NCBI GenBank assembly: GCA_026770705.1
Contig: JANJGN010000026.1
Coordinates: forward strand, 33,170,001 to 33,234,000
Length of the DNA stretch: 64,000 nucleotides
Reading direction: 5' to 3'
DNA from: Isurus oxyrinchus
Taxonomy: Eukaryota
The position numbers and the translations under genes are program-made. Below, one piece after another: positions 40,495-53,167 of this stretch (positions are counted from its first letter, which is position 1; each line of letters starts with the position of its first letter). Below the pieces are notes generated by a model. That model did not search any database, was not told where the DNA came from, and was given only the letters and a program-made list of their open reading frames with translations.

Positions 40495-40980
40495 CACTCA
40501 GTCTCTTTACCACACACCCTCACTCGCTCACTCTCTCTGTCACACACGCTCTCTCTCTCACACACACGTTCACTCTCTCTCTCTTTCTCACGCATTTTCT
40601 CTGACAGACACACACTGTCTCTTTCTCTCTGGCTCACACACACACACACAAACATACTCTCACATTCTCTCTTTCACACACACAAACTCTCTTTAACACG
40701 CCCACACTCTGTCTCACACATTGCCTCTCTCTTTCACACACACTCTCACACATACTGTCTCAACTACACACACTCTCATGCACGTGCACACTGTCTCTCC
40801 AACACACACATGCACTATTTCTCACACATGCACTCTCACACACTCATTCTCTCTCACACACACACACACACACTTTCTGTCTCTGTCTCTCTCTCTCTTT
40901 CCCTCTCAAAAACACACATACACTTGCATGCACTCTCTCTCTCTCTTTCTCACGCACACACACACATTCTCACATACATA
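40495..40980. repeat. (CA)/(CT)-rich compound microsatellite
   Basis: Direct reading. Confidence 0.9.
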
Positions 40981-41407
40981 TGTGGGCTGAAAATATTAAT
41001 TTCAGAATGAAAATCCGTTAAACTGTATGCATGTTCATTGTTCCATTTCTGAAGTCCTTTTGTGTAAAATGCAATTACACACGTGACATCACTATATATG
41101 TGGAGAATTTCCAAGTGTTGAACTAAACACAAAGAAACAAGAAAATGGGAGGGATGTGATGGAGACCACGGTCGCCTGGATCCCCAATACTGGTGCACAC
41201 TTGGTGCAAGATGCCTGCACGGCCCATCCTGGTTTTGCTGTAACCTTCCCCTCCAGTCCCTCAGTCTGCCTATTCATGCACTGACATGGGTTTCTCAAAG
41301 AAAGGAATTGGCATTATAGCAGCTGGCCAGTGCTCTACACTGCTGCCTGACTTTACACAGCCGGTGTTCCTGAAAGCTGATCAATCTGGAGAATCGGGAC
41401 AGGATCA

Positions 41408-41558
41408 ATGGAGAGGAAGAGGAGGAGGTGGAGGTGGTGGAGCCGAATGGAGGAGCCCCCAGCTCGTCTGTGGACAACAGGAAATGGAAAGCTGAGCCAG
41501 AGCAGAAAATCATCTGGAGAAACATCACCTTGATGAGCCTGCAGACCTGGGCACCCTC
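41408..41558 (+). pseudogene. Stearoyl-CoA desaturase (SCD/SCD5-like) N-terminal gene fragment
   Basis: Reads ...EPEQKIIWRNITLMSL then, after a frameshift, acctgggcaccctc (H-LGTL). Compare the SCD motif (I/Y)VWRN(V/I)(V/I)LMSLLHLGA. Truncated by the C-rich repeat. Confidence 0.65.
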
Positions 41559-42385
41559 ACTACCCACAATCACTCACCCTCATTCTCTCACTCACCCTCA
41601 CTACCCATAATCACTCATCCTCACTCAATCTCACTCACTCACCCTCACTCACTCGCCATCACTCATCCTCACTCCCTCACCCACCCTCACTCACTCACCC
41701 TCACTCACTTGCCCTCACTCCCTCCATCACTCATCCGCCCTCCCTCACCCACCCATGCTCACTCACCCTCACTCACTCACACTCACTCACCCATCACTCA
41801 CGCACCCTCACTCACTCTCTCTCACTCACCCTCACTCACCCTGTCTCATTCTCACTCACTTACTCACCCTAACTCACTCACTCTCACTCACCCTCACTCA
41901 CCTTTCCCTTCCGAGCCTCATTCTCACTCAATTACCCACCCTAACTCACTCACACTCACTCACTCTCACTCACCCACAGTCACTCACCCAGCCTCATTCA
42001 CAGTCATTCACCCACCCTCACTTATCCACCCTTACTCATCCACGCTCACTCATCCTTACTCAAACTCACTCATTCACCCATCCTTATTCACCTACCTGCA
42101 CTCACAGTCAATAACTCATCCTCCCCACCCTCACACACCCAATCACCCTCACTTACATACCCACCCTCACACACCCAGCAACTCTCACTCACCCACTCAT
42201 CCACCCTCAGTCAATCACCCACCCTCACTCACTCATCCATTCTTACTCACCCACATTCAGGCACCCACCCACGCTCACTCATCACTCACCCACGCACCCT
42301 CACTCACTCAGCCACCCGCCCTCGCTCTGTCACTCAGCCACCCTCACTTTGTCAACCATGCACAGGCTCACTCACTCGATCACTT
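41555..42385. repeat. C-rich (CACT/CCCT) low-complexity tandem repeat
   Basis: cactcaccctcactc-type units with very few G on the + strand. Confidence 0.92.
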
Positions 42386-42394
42386 TTCCTAAAT

Positions 42395-44400
42395 CGGCGT
42401 GTGGGAGGGCGGGAACGAGAGACCTGGAAGAGAGGCCTGAGGCCTAGCAGTGCCAGAAAGTGGAGGATGGCCGAAGGGAGCGATGAGCGTCGGTCGAAAG
42501 GGCAGAGAGGCGAGGAGAAAGTGCAGAGAGCCTGGGGGAAAAGGCAGAGAGCCGAGGGGGTTGGGGTGGAAGGGCAAAGAGCCGGGGGGTTTGGGGGGAA
42601 GGGAAGAGAGTCGGGGAAAAGGGCAGGGATCCAGCAAAAAGTGCATAGAGATTGGGCAAGGGTCAGCGAGCCCGGGAACGGTCAGCGATCCAGTGGAAAA
42701 GGTCAGAGAGCCGAGCGAAAGCGCAGAGACCCGTGGAGTAAGTGCAGAGAGCTGGGGTAGAAAGCACAGGGAGGCGGGGGGGTGGGGTGCAGTGCAGAGA
42801 GGCAGGAGGGGGAAAGGGCAAAGAGGCGGCAGGGGGAAAGGGAAACGGCAGAGAGGCGGGGTGGAGGGCTGAGAGGCGGGGGGGCAGTGCGGAAAGGGCA
42901 GTAAAGCGGGGGGCAAAGGGCAGAGAAGCGGGAGGGGGAAAGGGCAGAGAGGCAGGAGGGGGAAAAGGCAGAGAGGCAAGAGAGGGAAAGGGCAGAGAGG
43001 CAGGAAGGAGAAAGGGCAGAGAGGCAGGAGGGGGAAAGGGCAGAGAGGCAGGAGGGGGATAGGGCAGAGAGGCAGGAGGGAAAAAGGACAGAGAGGAGAG
43101 GAGGAAAGGGCAGGGAGGCCGGAGGAGGAAAGGGCAGAGAGGCCGGAGGGAAAAAGGGCAGAGAGGCGGGAGGGGGAAAAGGGCAGAGAGGCGGGAGGGG
43201 AAATGGGCAGAGAGGCGGGAGGGGAAATGGGCAGAGAGGCGGGAGGGGAAATGGGCAGAGAGGTGGGAGGGGAAATGGGCAGAGAGGTGGGAGGGGAAAT
43301 GGGCAGAGATGCGGGAGGGGAAATGGGCAGAGAGGCGGGAGGGGGAAAGGGCAGAGAGGCGGGAGGGGAAATGGGCAGAGAGGTGGGAGGGGAAATGGGC
43401 AGAGAGGTGGGAGGGGAAATGGGCAGAGAGGCGGGGAGAAAGTGCTGAGAGGCGGGAGGGGGAAAGGGCAGAGAGGAGAGGAGGAAAGGGCAGAGAGGCG
43501 GGAGGGGGCAAAGGGCAGAGAGGTGGGAGGGCGAAGGGCAGAGAGGCGGGAGGGGGAAAGGGCAGGGAGGCGGGAGGGGAAAAGGGCAGAGAGGCCAGAG
43601 GGAAAAAGGGCAGAGAGGCAGAAGGGTGAAAGGGCAGAGAGGCTGGCGAGAAAGGGAAGAGAGGCGAGGGGTAAAGGGCAATGAGGCAGGAGGGGCAAAG
43701 GGCAGAGAGGCGGGTGGGGCAAAGGGCAGAGAGGCGGGTGGGGGGAAAGGGCAGAGAGGCGGGAGGGCAAAGGGTAGAAGGGCCAGAGGGGGAAAGTGCA
43801 GAGAGACGGGAGGGGGAAAGGGCAGAGAGACGGGAGGGGGAAAGGGCAGAGAGACGGGAGGGGGAAAGAGCAGAGAGGTGGGAGGAGGAAAGGGCAGAGA
43901 GGCGGAGGGAGGAAAGGGCAGAGAGGCAGGAGGGGGAAAGGGCAGAGAGGCGGGAGGGGGCAAGTGCAGAGAGGAGGGTGGGGGTAAAGGGCAGAGAGGT
44001 GGAGGGAGGAAAGGGCAGAGAGGCAGGAGGGGGAAAGGGCAGAGAGGCGGGAGGGGGAAAGGGCAGAGAGGCAGAGGGAGGAAAGGGCAGAGAGGCAGGA
44101 GGGGGGAAGTGCAGACAGGAGGGTGGGGGTAAAGGGCAGAGAGGCAGAGGGAGGAAAGGGCAGAGAGGCAGGAGGGGGGAAGTGCAGACAGGAGGGTGGG
44201 GGTAAAGGGCAGAGAGGCTGCAAGGGAAAGGGCAGAGAGGCAGGAGCAGGCAAGAGCAGAGAGGTGGGGGGGGAAGGGCATAGAGGTGGAGGGAGGAAAG
44301 GGCAAAGAGGCGGGGGGAAAGGGCAGCGAAGCGGGCAGGGGGGAAGGGCTGAGAGGTGGGGGAATGGGGAAGGGCAGCGAGGTGGGCAAAAGTGCAGAGA
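42395..44400 (+). repeat. G-rich polypurine tandem array, ~24-bp unit
   Basis: Unit gggcagagaggcgggaggggaaa(t/g), most homogeneous around 43150-43450; nearly T-free on the + strand. Confidence 0.96.
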
Positions 44401-44884
44401 GCCGGAATACAGTGGGGACATCCGGGCGAAAGCATTTGTGAGCCGAGGCTCCAGGCACCCTGGGCCCCATTCTCTCTCTCTCTCTCTCTCTCCCTCATTG
44501 CATCTCCTCCTCCTGAAATCCTTTCCGTTCCTGGGGAAAGGCGATAAGTGCCTAGGAGAGAAAGGAGACAATGTCTCAGTGCGCTCCCCCCCCTCACCCC
44601 GGCCCCACCGGCTTCCTACACCTTCCTCCAGCGGGTGTTCACTGCCCCTCCAATCACAACCTGTTTGTCTCCCACTTTTCCTGCTGATAGGCCCACTAGT
44701 CAGCCTATCAGCAGCTAACGGGGTAGGGGGTGCGCCTGAGATTGGGGGAGCATCTCCTTACAGATATCTTCAACTCCACTTACCTGCCTTACTAGCATTT
44801 TGAACAACGGCTCCGGGGGCCAGACAGAGGGGCTTCGGGGGCCACAATCCAGTGAAGGGACATGGATTGGACAAGCCCATAATA

Positions 44885-46470
44885 AAGGAAAATAAGGAAA
44901 TGGGCAGAGAAGTTGGCCAAATACTTTGGCCTTAACGAGGTGGTTACTAAAATGGCAGAGGCATTGGTTTTAATTTTCCAAACTTCCCGAGATTCTGGCA
45001 CAGTCTAATCAGGTTGGAAAATAGAGAATGAGGCTTTCTCTTAAAGAAAGGAGGGAAAGGGAAAGCAAGAAACTACAGGCCAGTTAGCTTAACATCTGTC
45101 AGAGCAAAAATGTTTTAATCTTTTCTTAAAGAGTATATCACGGGTCACCAAGAAAATCCAAATGCAAATATGGAGATCCATCATAGTTTTGTGAAAGGGA
45201 AATCAATCACGTTTGGCTGATTTATTTGAGGCCTTTGAAGTAAGAAGGAACATGAATAAAGGAGAACCTGTGGGTGTGCTATACTTGGACTTCAAGAAGG
45301 CATTTGACAAAGTGGCACGTCAAGGTTACTACACAAAATAGTGGTGTCAGCAGTAACATTTCAGCATGGATAGAAGTTTGGTTAGCTAACAGAAAACAGA
45401 GAGCAGGGATAAATTGGTTATTTTAGATTGGCAAGATGTGACAAGTGGAGTGCCACAGGGATCAATGCTGCGGCCTCAACTATTTACAATTTATAACAAT
45501 GACTTGAATGAAAGGACTGAATGAATTTGCTAAATTTGCTGATAACACAAAAATAGATAGTAAAGTAAATGGTGAAGAGAGGGTAAAGATCAGCAAAGGG
45601 ATATCGATAGGTTAATTGAGGGCAAAAAAATGACAGATGGAGTATAATCTGGGAAAATATAAACTTGTCCACTTTGGCAGGAAGAATACAAAAGCAGCGT
45701 ATTATTGAAAGGGAGAGAGATGGCAGAACCCTGAGGTACAGAGGGATGTGGATCCCTTGGTGCATGAATCACAAAAAGTTATAATACAGGAACAGCAAGT
45801 GATGAGGAAGGCAAAGGGAATGTTGGCATTTATCACAAGGGGAACAGAATATAATGGAAGGATATTTTGCTACAGTTTAACGGGGTGGCGATGAGACCTC
45901 GTCTGAATTACTGTGTACAGATTTGGTCTCGTTTAAGAAAGGATATAAAAGCATTAGAAGCTGTTCAGAGAATGTTCGTTCAAATGATACTGGGAGGTGT
46001 CGTCAGTTATCTTATGAGGAAAGTTTGGATAGGCTGGGCCTGTATCCATCGGAGTTTAGAAGAATAAGAGCTCATTTTATTCAAACATATAAAATCCTGA
46101 GGGGAATTAACAGGGTGGATGCTGAAAGGATGTTTCCTCTTGTGAGAGAGACTAACGATAGGGAACACGGTTTAAAAATAAGAGGTCTCCCGTTTCAGAC
46201 AGAAATGAGGGGATTTTATTTTTTCTTTCAATGACTCGTGAAACTTTGGAACTCTTCCCCAGAGACCGATGGAGGAGGAGTCATTAATATTTCAAGGCAG
46301 AGGTAGAGAGATTCTTCATTGACAAGGGAGTCAAAGGTTAGCCGAGAGGAGGCGGGAATGTAGAGTTCACGCCACAATCGGATCAGCTATGATCGGTAGT
46401 GAATGGTGGAGGAGGCCCCAGAGGCCGAATGGCCTACTCCTGCTACTGATCCGCATGTTCACATGTACAT
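44885..46470 (+). mobile_element. CR1-clade LINE RT fragment (decayed)
   Basis: aactacaggccagttagctt (NYRPVSL), tacttggacttcaagaaggcatttgacaa (YLDFKKAFD), ggagtgccacagggatc (GVPQGS), tttgctgataacac (FADNT), then 3' UTR. Confidence 0.9.
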
Positions 46471-47013
46471 ACGATTGGAAAATATCGTACTAACAGTCAC
46501 TGGTATTCAGTTTAGAGTTCTATGGTTATTATATAGGTACCATTACAAAGGTACTTTCGAAGGGTTATTGCTGTTTTGGGGGGGACGTGGAGAGGGGAGG
46601 GGGCATCAGTCAATTTGAACAGAGCCAATTTTCAAAGCTGCAATGATATAAATGACGAGACAAATTCTCTATCACCAAGTGCTGTTGATTGAGAAATAAA
46701 TGGTGCCAAAATAATGGGGAAGATGCTCTGCTCTTCCATTTTAATCCACTGAAAGGTACGTCATTCAGATGACATCAAAATGTTCTCTTTTAGTAATGGG
46801 ATAGAGGCGGAAAAAGAGGTGTGGGTTTCTAAAGAGGGAACCGACAAGTGAGGGTCACCAAATAATGGAAATAATAAATGATCAAATGTGGATGTGGGCT
46901 TTAGTTGGAATATATTTGGATATGTTTATAGTTCTAGTCTAATTTCGAGTTGTTTGGTTACTTAATGATCACAAATCAGAGGCTAACTTGTTCGATCGGC
47001 CATTCTTTCCCAG

Positions 47014-47313
47014 CGACACCGTCTTCGCCCACTCTCTACAGCCTGGTCTCCTCCTGTCAGCAACACAACCCCGACGGCTCCTTCACCTACGGCTGTTTGG
47101 CAATGGACTACTCCCCAGAAATCACCAGCCTGACCTGGAAGAAAGATGGGCAGCCGATCGCTACTGGATTTAAGACTTACCCGTCGGTGAGAAACCAGAA
47201 GGGAACTTTCACCCTGAGCAGCCAGTTAACCATCACCGAGTCAGATGGAGAATGCAGCAAAATCAAGTGTGAGGTTCGATACAGCGGCTCAGACAAGAGC
47301 ATTGAAATGCACT
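47014..47313 (+). CDS. IGHM: IgM constant exon CH1
   Basis: Acceptor tttcccag|; [17 protein letters not shown]...[19 protein letters not shown]...[18 protein letters not shown]; donor t|gtaagt; 300 nt, phase 1/1. Confidence 0.97.
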
Positions 47314-47527
47314 GTAAGTATTGGGGAACCTGTGAGAAACAGAAAGACAGTGATTGACCTGTATAGGGCCTTGGCTGTAACGCATTTATAGTGCTCTGCA
47401 TAGATCTGATCCCTGGAAATTCCAAGTTCGTGTCCATCGACCGCAAAGAGCCTGTTAAAATATAAGAACTTATTGTATCTGTTATCAATTTCTTCTGCAA
47501 GAAATGGCTAACCTTTGTTTTTTGAAG

Positions 47528-47842
47528 GTCCTCGTCCTGACTTACCTCCAACTGTTCTCCTCACCGTGAGTTCCAGAGATGAAATCACAACCAAAAAATT
47601 TGCAATCGCCGTCTGTTCAATCATCGATTTCCGTCCGAAGCCATTCACCGTGAAGTGGCTGAAAAATGGACAATCCATAAATTCAGGAATTGTCACCTCT
47701 CCCGCCTTTGGAATGAACGGGAACTTCTCGGCGACCAGTCGGCTGCAAGTCTCCGCTGGGGAATGGTTCAGCGACGCAGTCTATACCTGTCAGGTCACTC
47801 ACCAAGGGGTCACCCAAAGTCGAAACGCCACCAAGTGTGAGG
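47528..47842 (+). CDS. IGHM: IgM constant exon CH2
   Basis: Acceptor tttgaag|; [13 protein letters not shown]...[21 protein letters not shown]...[20 protein letters not shown]; donor g|gtaag; 315 nt. Confidence 0.97.
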
Positions 47843-48466
47843 GTAAGAAATACAAACCGTGGAAGCAATAGATCATTCTCCACTCCGGTGTTAATCAAAT
47901 CAGGAATTTATTGGAGTTAGTAGAAAGCACGAAACAACATCTAATTTACTATCATATAGTTGGTGTTTCATTCCGATGTAAGGGCTGCATTCGGATTATT
48001 CACCATTCAGGATTTGATCACATCACGTCTCTGCACTGACGTCATAGAGTATGTGAGGTGGACTTGATATCAGCTTTACCTTGAGTCAGCTGATCATATT
48101 TGGAGAGGCAGAAGGTATCTGGAACCCTTCACTGGTAACAGCTTCGAGACAGAGTGTTGGAAAGTGCACCCACCCTTTTTATAAAACATATTTCAGTCCT
48201 GTATTCCAGGGCCCAGGAATGATACATTTGTATTGGGACTGGGGCAACGCAGATTTATGAGAATGTTACCGGGGCTGAACGACTTAAATTATGAGAACAA
48301 TTTACACAGACCAAGCTGGTTTTCCATTGTGTAAAGAAGATTAAAAACGATAGTTAGAGGTTGATATGTCCCAGGTGATTTATTCTCCTTCAGGGAGAGA
48401 AGACTGAACACTGCTGTCCTGCTTCTGAAGGTGAAACTTTGGTTGATTTTCATTTCTGTCTCACAG

Positions 48467-48778
48467 GCGATCACCAATGCCTCAACGATCCCACAATTAC
48501 TCTATTGCCACCTCCAATAGAACAAGTCTTACTGGAGGCGACCGTGACCTTAACCTGCATCGTTTCTAATGCTCCTTTTGGAGTCCTCGTGTCCTGGACA
48601 CAAGAGAAGAAGCCTTTGAAATCAGAGATCGCCGTCCAACCGGGAGAGGATCCCGACAGCGTGGTCAGCAACGTAAACATCTCGACACAAGCCTGGCTGA
48701 GTGGGGCTGAGTTCTACTGCGTGGTGAGCCATCAGGATCTGCCGACTCCTTTAAGAAGTTCCATCCACAAGGAACCAG
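48467..48778 (+). CDS. IGHM: IgM constant exon CH3
   Basis: Acceptor tctcacag|; [31 protein letters not shown]...[22 protein letters not shown]; donor g|gtgag; 312 nt. Confidence 0.97.
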
Positions 48779-49169
48779 GTGAGCGGTGAGATTGAAGCAA
48801 TAAGTTGTTCAATGTGTCTATTTCCAGTGTAAATGTAAGGATCAATATTTACTATTCAGTGTATTCATGGTCTACTCTGATTAGCAATTTCGCCAACGAA
48901 ACGCCCTGGGCCTGTGGACTTTCAGGAGGAAATTGATAAGTAGATGAATGAACAATGAATTGAAGGCTGTGCCATTGGGTTTAGATGAAGCAAGATGGGA
49001 GGAGCCTGGTGCGAAGCTGAAACACCAACATGGACCAGTTGGGCAGAATGGCCTGTTTCTATGCTGTAAACTTTGAGAAACTTTCTCGTCCAACCCTATA
49101 AGTTCTCAAGGAAAAGGATTGTGCCACCTCTGCTCCGAGCTGGAAAGCCGGACAGATCCCAAACTATTT

Positions 49170-49370
49170 TATTTATTAATTCATGGGATGTGGGCGTCAC
49201 TGGCTGGGCCAGAGTTATTGCCCATCCCTAATTGCCCTTGACAAGGTGTTGGTGAGCTGCCTTCTTGAACTGCTGCAGTCCATGTGGTGTAGATACACCC
49301 ACAGTGCTGTTAGGAAGGGAGTTCCAGAATTTTGATTCAGCTATAGTGAAGGATCGGTGATATATTTCCA
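49170..49370 (-). mobile_element. Short LINE 3' end (HER1-like) in the CH3-CH4 intron
   Basis: catgggatgtgggcgtcactggctgggcc...gcccatccctaattgcccttg...ggaagggagttccag, matching 39130-39320. Confidence 0.7.
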
Positions 49371-49492
49371 AGAAGTGGATAATGAAAAACCTTAATATTC
49401 ATCACAAAACACGTTACTCTCACATCTAACCAGTGGTTTCATTGTCTATGAATGTATCCAGTTTATTAACATTTATTGTACATTTTCTGCAG

Positions 49493-49884
49493 TTAAAGAC
49501 CCGCGGGAACCGTCCGTGTCTGTCCTCCTGCCCTCGGCAGAACATGTCTCCGCTCAGGGATTCGTCTCCCTCAGCTGCTTAGTGAGAGGTTTCTCCCCCC
49601 GAGAGATTTTCGTCAAGTGGACCGTCAATGACAAGCCGGTGAATCCCGGGAACTACAAGAACACCGAGGTAGTGGCGGAGAACGGCAATCGCTCCTTCTT
49701 CATGTACAGCCTGTTATCCATTGCAGCGGAGGAGTGGGCCAGCGGCGCTTCTTACTCCTGTGTGGTGGGACATGAAGCGATCCCCTTGAAGATCATCAAC
49801 AGAACGGTTGATAAATCCAGCGGTAAACCGAGTTTTGTGAACATTTCCCTTGCACTGATGGACACCGTTAATTCATGTCAATGA
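49493..49884 (+). CDS. IGHM: IgM constant exon CH4 plus secretory tailpiece
   Basis: Acceptor tttctgcag|; [15 protein letters not shown]...[43 protein letters not shown]; penultimate Cys and NIS glycan site; internal donor g|gtaaac after 49822 for the membrane form. Confidence 0.98.
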
Positions 49885-49911
49885 GAATCTCTCGGTTACA
49901 TTTCAAACTTC

Positions 49912-49927
49912 AATAAAAAATAATAAA
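49912..49927 (+). terminator. Secretory-form polyadenylation signals
   Basis: AATAAA at 49912-49917 and 49922-49927, followed by GT/T-rich sequence. Confidence 0.85.
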
Positions 49928-50319
49928 GTCCTTTTCTCCAATCGTGATTTAAATACACAGTCGTTTAAGTAATGTTGTTTTCCAATTTTGCTAATTTTAG
50001 ACGTGTTTTGTTAAAATCGGATACTCACAGGGCTCAGACCCAAGTCTTGTACATCCAGTGCTCCCAGCTCAGATACACCCTGGGTTAGAGACAGAGTAAA
50101 TCTCATTCATTACAGGATTCTGCAAAATAGCTTCACCAGCTCTCCTCCAGCTGAGGAGAAATCTGACAATTTCTCATTTCCAATAAACAAACACAGCACA
50201 TTTAGATCTCGGTGTTCTTGCTTCTCTTGTCTTCCATCCCTTTAAAATGGATGTCAGCTTTAAGCTTCTGCACCACACCCACGGGGAACTGAAGTGAGGG
50301 TCACGCAGAAATATGTCCC

Positions 50320-50845
50320 AACAATCCCCCATCAGAGAGAGGGGGAAGGGAAATTGTTACCCCATTGCACCTCCACCTCCCCAACAGAGAGAGGGGGAGC
50401 GGAAATTGCTAACCCACTGTACCCCGACTTCTCCAACAGAGAAAGGGGAGGGGAAATTGTTAACCCAATGTACCCCCACTTCCCCAGAGAGAGTGGAAGG
50501 GGACATTGTTAAACCACTGCACCTTCACTTCCACAACAGCAGGTGGTGGTGGGGGGGAATTGTTTAACCACTGTACCCCCACTTTCCCAACAGAGAGAGG
50601 GGAAGGCAAACTGGTAAACCACTGTACCTCCACTTACCTGAGATAGAAAACTGAAAGGAAAATTTTAAGCCAATTTTATCTCCACTTGCTAAACAAAAAG
50701 ACAAGGAAGGCCATTGGTTAACCCAGTGTGTCTCCACCTTCTCAACAGAGAGAACCGAAAGGGAAATTGCTTAGACAACCAGACAGAGCAAAACTATTAA
50801 CTCACTGGACCCTCAGTCCCCTAGTAGAGAATCTGGAAGGGAATG
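50320..50845. repeat. ~52-bp minisatellite, about 9 copies decaying 3'
   Basis: Unit gaaattgttaacccactgtacccccacttccccaacagagagaggggaaggg, recurring at about 50350, 50402, 50454 and onward. Confidence 0.88.
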
Positions 50846-51254
50846 GGTCTCTACTATAAGGACTCAGTTAACAACAGTCGAAGTCAGCTTCTAGCTTACT
50901 GGCCACAGATTTTAAACTCCCATCATGCTTGGGATGTTGTAAAAACGTCTACTTATGCAACATAACTTGAAGATGTTTTAACACTCTTGCCCTGTTAAGC
51001 TTATGCTAAGATTGATTTCCCATCATCCAAATCTAAACTGGTGACTGAATCCTCCCTGGGTTGTTCAAGGTTCTGTCCCTGAATTTTTATGAGGCACATG
51101 GTTGATTCTTTGCATTCGTTCATCTGATATCACCTTGCATCTCACAGAAAACATGTTTATACACAGAACTTTGAAAATATTCACCGGATTTTTCACCGTC
51201 AAGGTCAGACTCGATCATTGGTATCTGGTGAACTTTGGAAAAATAGTAAAAATA

Positions 51255-52370
51255 CACACAGCTGACACAAATTGACAAACAAAAAACACGTCTACACACA
51301 CACATAGGCACAGACACACAGACACAAACGCACACAGGTACAAGCAGACACATGTACACCAACACATGCGGAACCACACAAAGACAGGCAGACACACATA
51401 GACAAATATACACACACGTGCACACACACGCAGACACACACGCACACAATCACAAACACATGGACACAGACGCACAAACATACACAGATACACACGTACA
51501 CACATAAACAAATACACACGCACAATCACACACATTCATAAACACACACATAATCACACACATTCGGAAATACACACACTGACACACTCGCTCACACACA
51601 TATACACAATCACAAACACACACAAACAGATAAAACCAGACAAGCAGACTCATACAAGGATACAAAGCACAAATGTAACTTTTAGCATATGCATTATCAC
51701 ACGTTCACAATGAAAGAAATACAGACAGAAAGACACACACGATCGTACACATTAAAACAATGCATGGACATACAGTAACACATGCACACACATGAGCAGA
51801 CAACACCCAGATACAAAAACACAGAGGAACCGACTAACACATTCACAGACACCCATGTGGACACAAACATGAACATACTCATACACACTAGAACACAAAA
51901 AACACACGTTGGTACATATGAAAACATAAACACGCATTGATACATAGTTCTAAATATCGATCAACACACAAATGCACACATTAAAAACCCTATTTTTCTC
52001 TCGCTGTGTCATACACACAGACGCTGTGACACAGACATTAATATGCTGACACACAGTGGAACACAAAAAGACACATTAACACTCATATTAGCAGGCAGGA
52101 ACTCGTAAACACAAATTAACTCAGATAGTAATAAGTCAACATAGACAACAATACACAAACACGCACAATAACACACTCATACATACACATCAGCAGAAAA
52201 ACCAAATATACATACAGACGCAGACACAAAAATACACAAATCAGCACTCATTAGCACATGAACACACATATTAACACACATGCACACCTATGGACACACA
52301 AGCAACCAGTAATGCAAAGTGCGAGATACTCGTGCAGACACTCACAAAAGCTAAAACACAACACAGAGGC
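51255..52370. repeat. Degenerate (CA)n-rich tract
   Basis: Direct reading. Confidence 0.9.
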
Positions 52371-52901
52371 CAGGCTATTGAAAGTATAATTCAAATGTAC
52401 TTTTCTAACGGGCATATCCTCCGGTCAATTGTCTCTATTACATAATAACCCGATAAACACTCTGAAACAATGCTCCTACTGAGAAACTGATTTAAATTAA
52501 TGATGCACCAAACATTCCCATTACAAATAGACAAACAAGATGGGAACTCACATCCGAGATTATAAAAAGCAACGTCCACAGTTTCCAAATAAGTAGCTCA
52601 GTGAATCTCTCCCGATACCCATCATAATATTCTCCAATAATAGATCATATGAAATTGTTCGAAAATAACCTGATACTGGAGAAAATTTGCCATATTTTCT
52701 GACATGGACTGTATAAAGATTGTAAAGGGAGAACAGCTGTGGAGATAGTTACAGAGATGGGTTACTGAGTGTCACTTAATAGTAGATATACATTGAACAT
52801 TGAATACATTAATAACTTATGACAGAGTAAAGGAAATATTTTTAAAATGATATCCTAGATTAATAAACAATCTAATTATATTTCCTCATATATTCCCGTA
52901 G

Positions 52902-53029
52902 ATTCCACAGACCGCATCTGGATTGAAGACTCTGAGGATGATAACGGCAACATCTGGACAACTGCTTCCACATTCATCATCCTGTTCTTCCTGAGCATTT
53001 TCTACAGCACTGCCGTCACTCTGGCGAAG
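52902..53029 (+). CDS. IGHM: IgM transmembrane exon TM1
   Basis: Acceptor cccgtag|; [43 protein letters not shown]; conserved antigen-receptor TM motif; phase-0 donor aag|gtgag. Confidence 0.96.
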
Positions 53030-53167
53030 GTGAGAAGATTCAATCCACTCACACTTCAAACTGACAGAAGCAGTTTGAAACATCTCTCAATGTTTCATTG
53101 ATTAGAACTCTAACATAAGTGTCCCAGATTATAAACATCTGCTTCATTATTTCATCCTCTTTTACAG

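Noticed and set aside
42389-44803. Long Pro/Leu-rich (minus) and Gly/Arg/Glu-rich (plus) ORFs up to 693 aa
   Set aside because: They arise in multiple frames on both strands from a 24-bp T-poor tandem repeat that rarely generates stops; no domain or codon evidence.
45162-45169. Perfect octamer ATGCAAAT in the J-C intron
   Set aside because: Lies inside a decayed CR1 fragment; an isolated 8-mer is expected by chance (another occurs at 23322).
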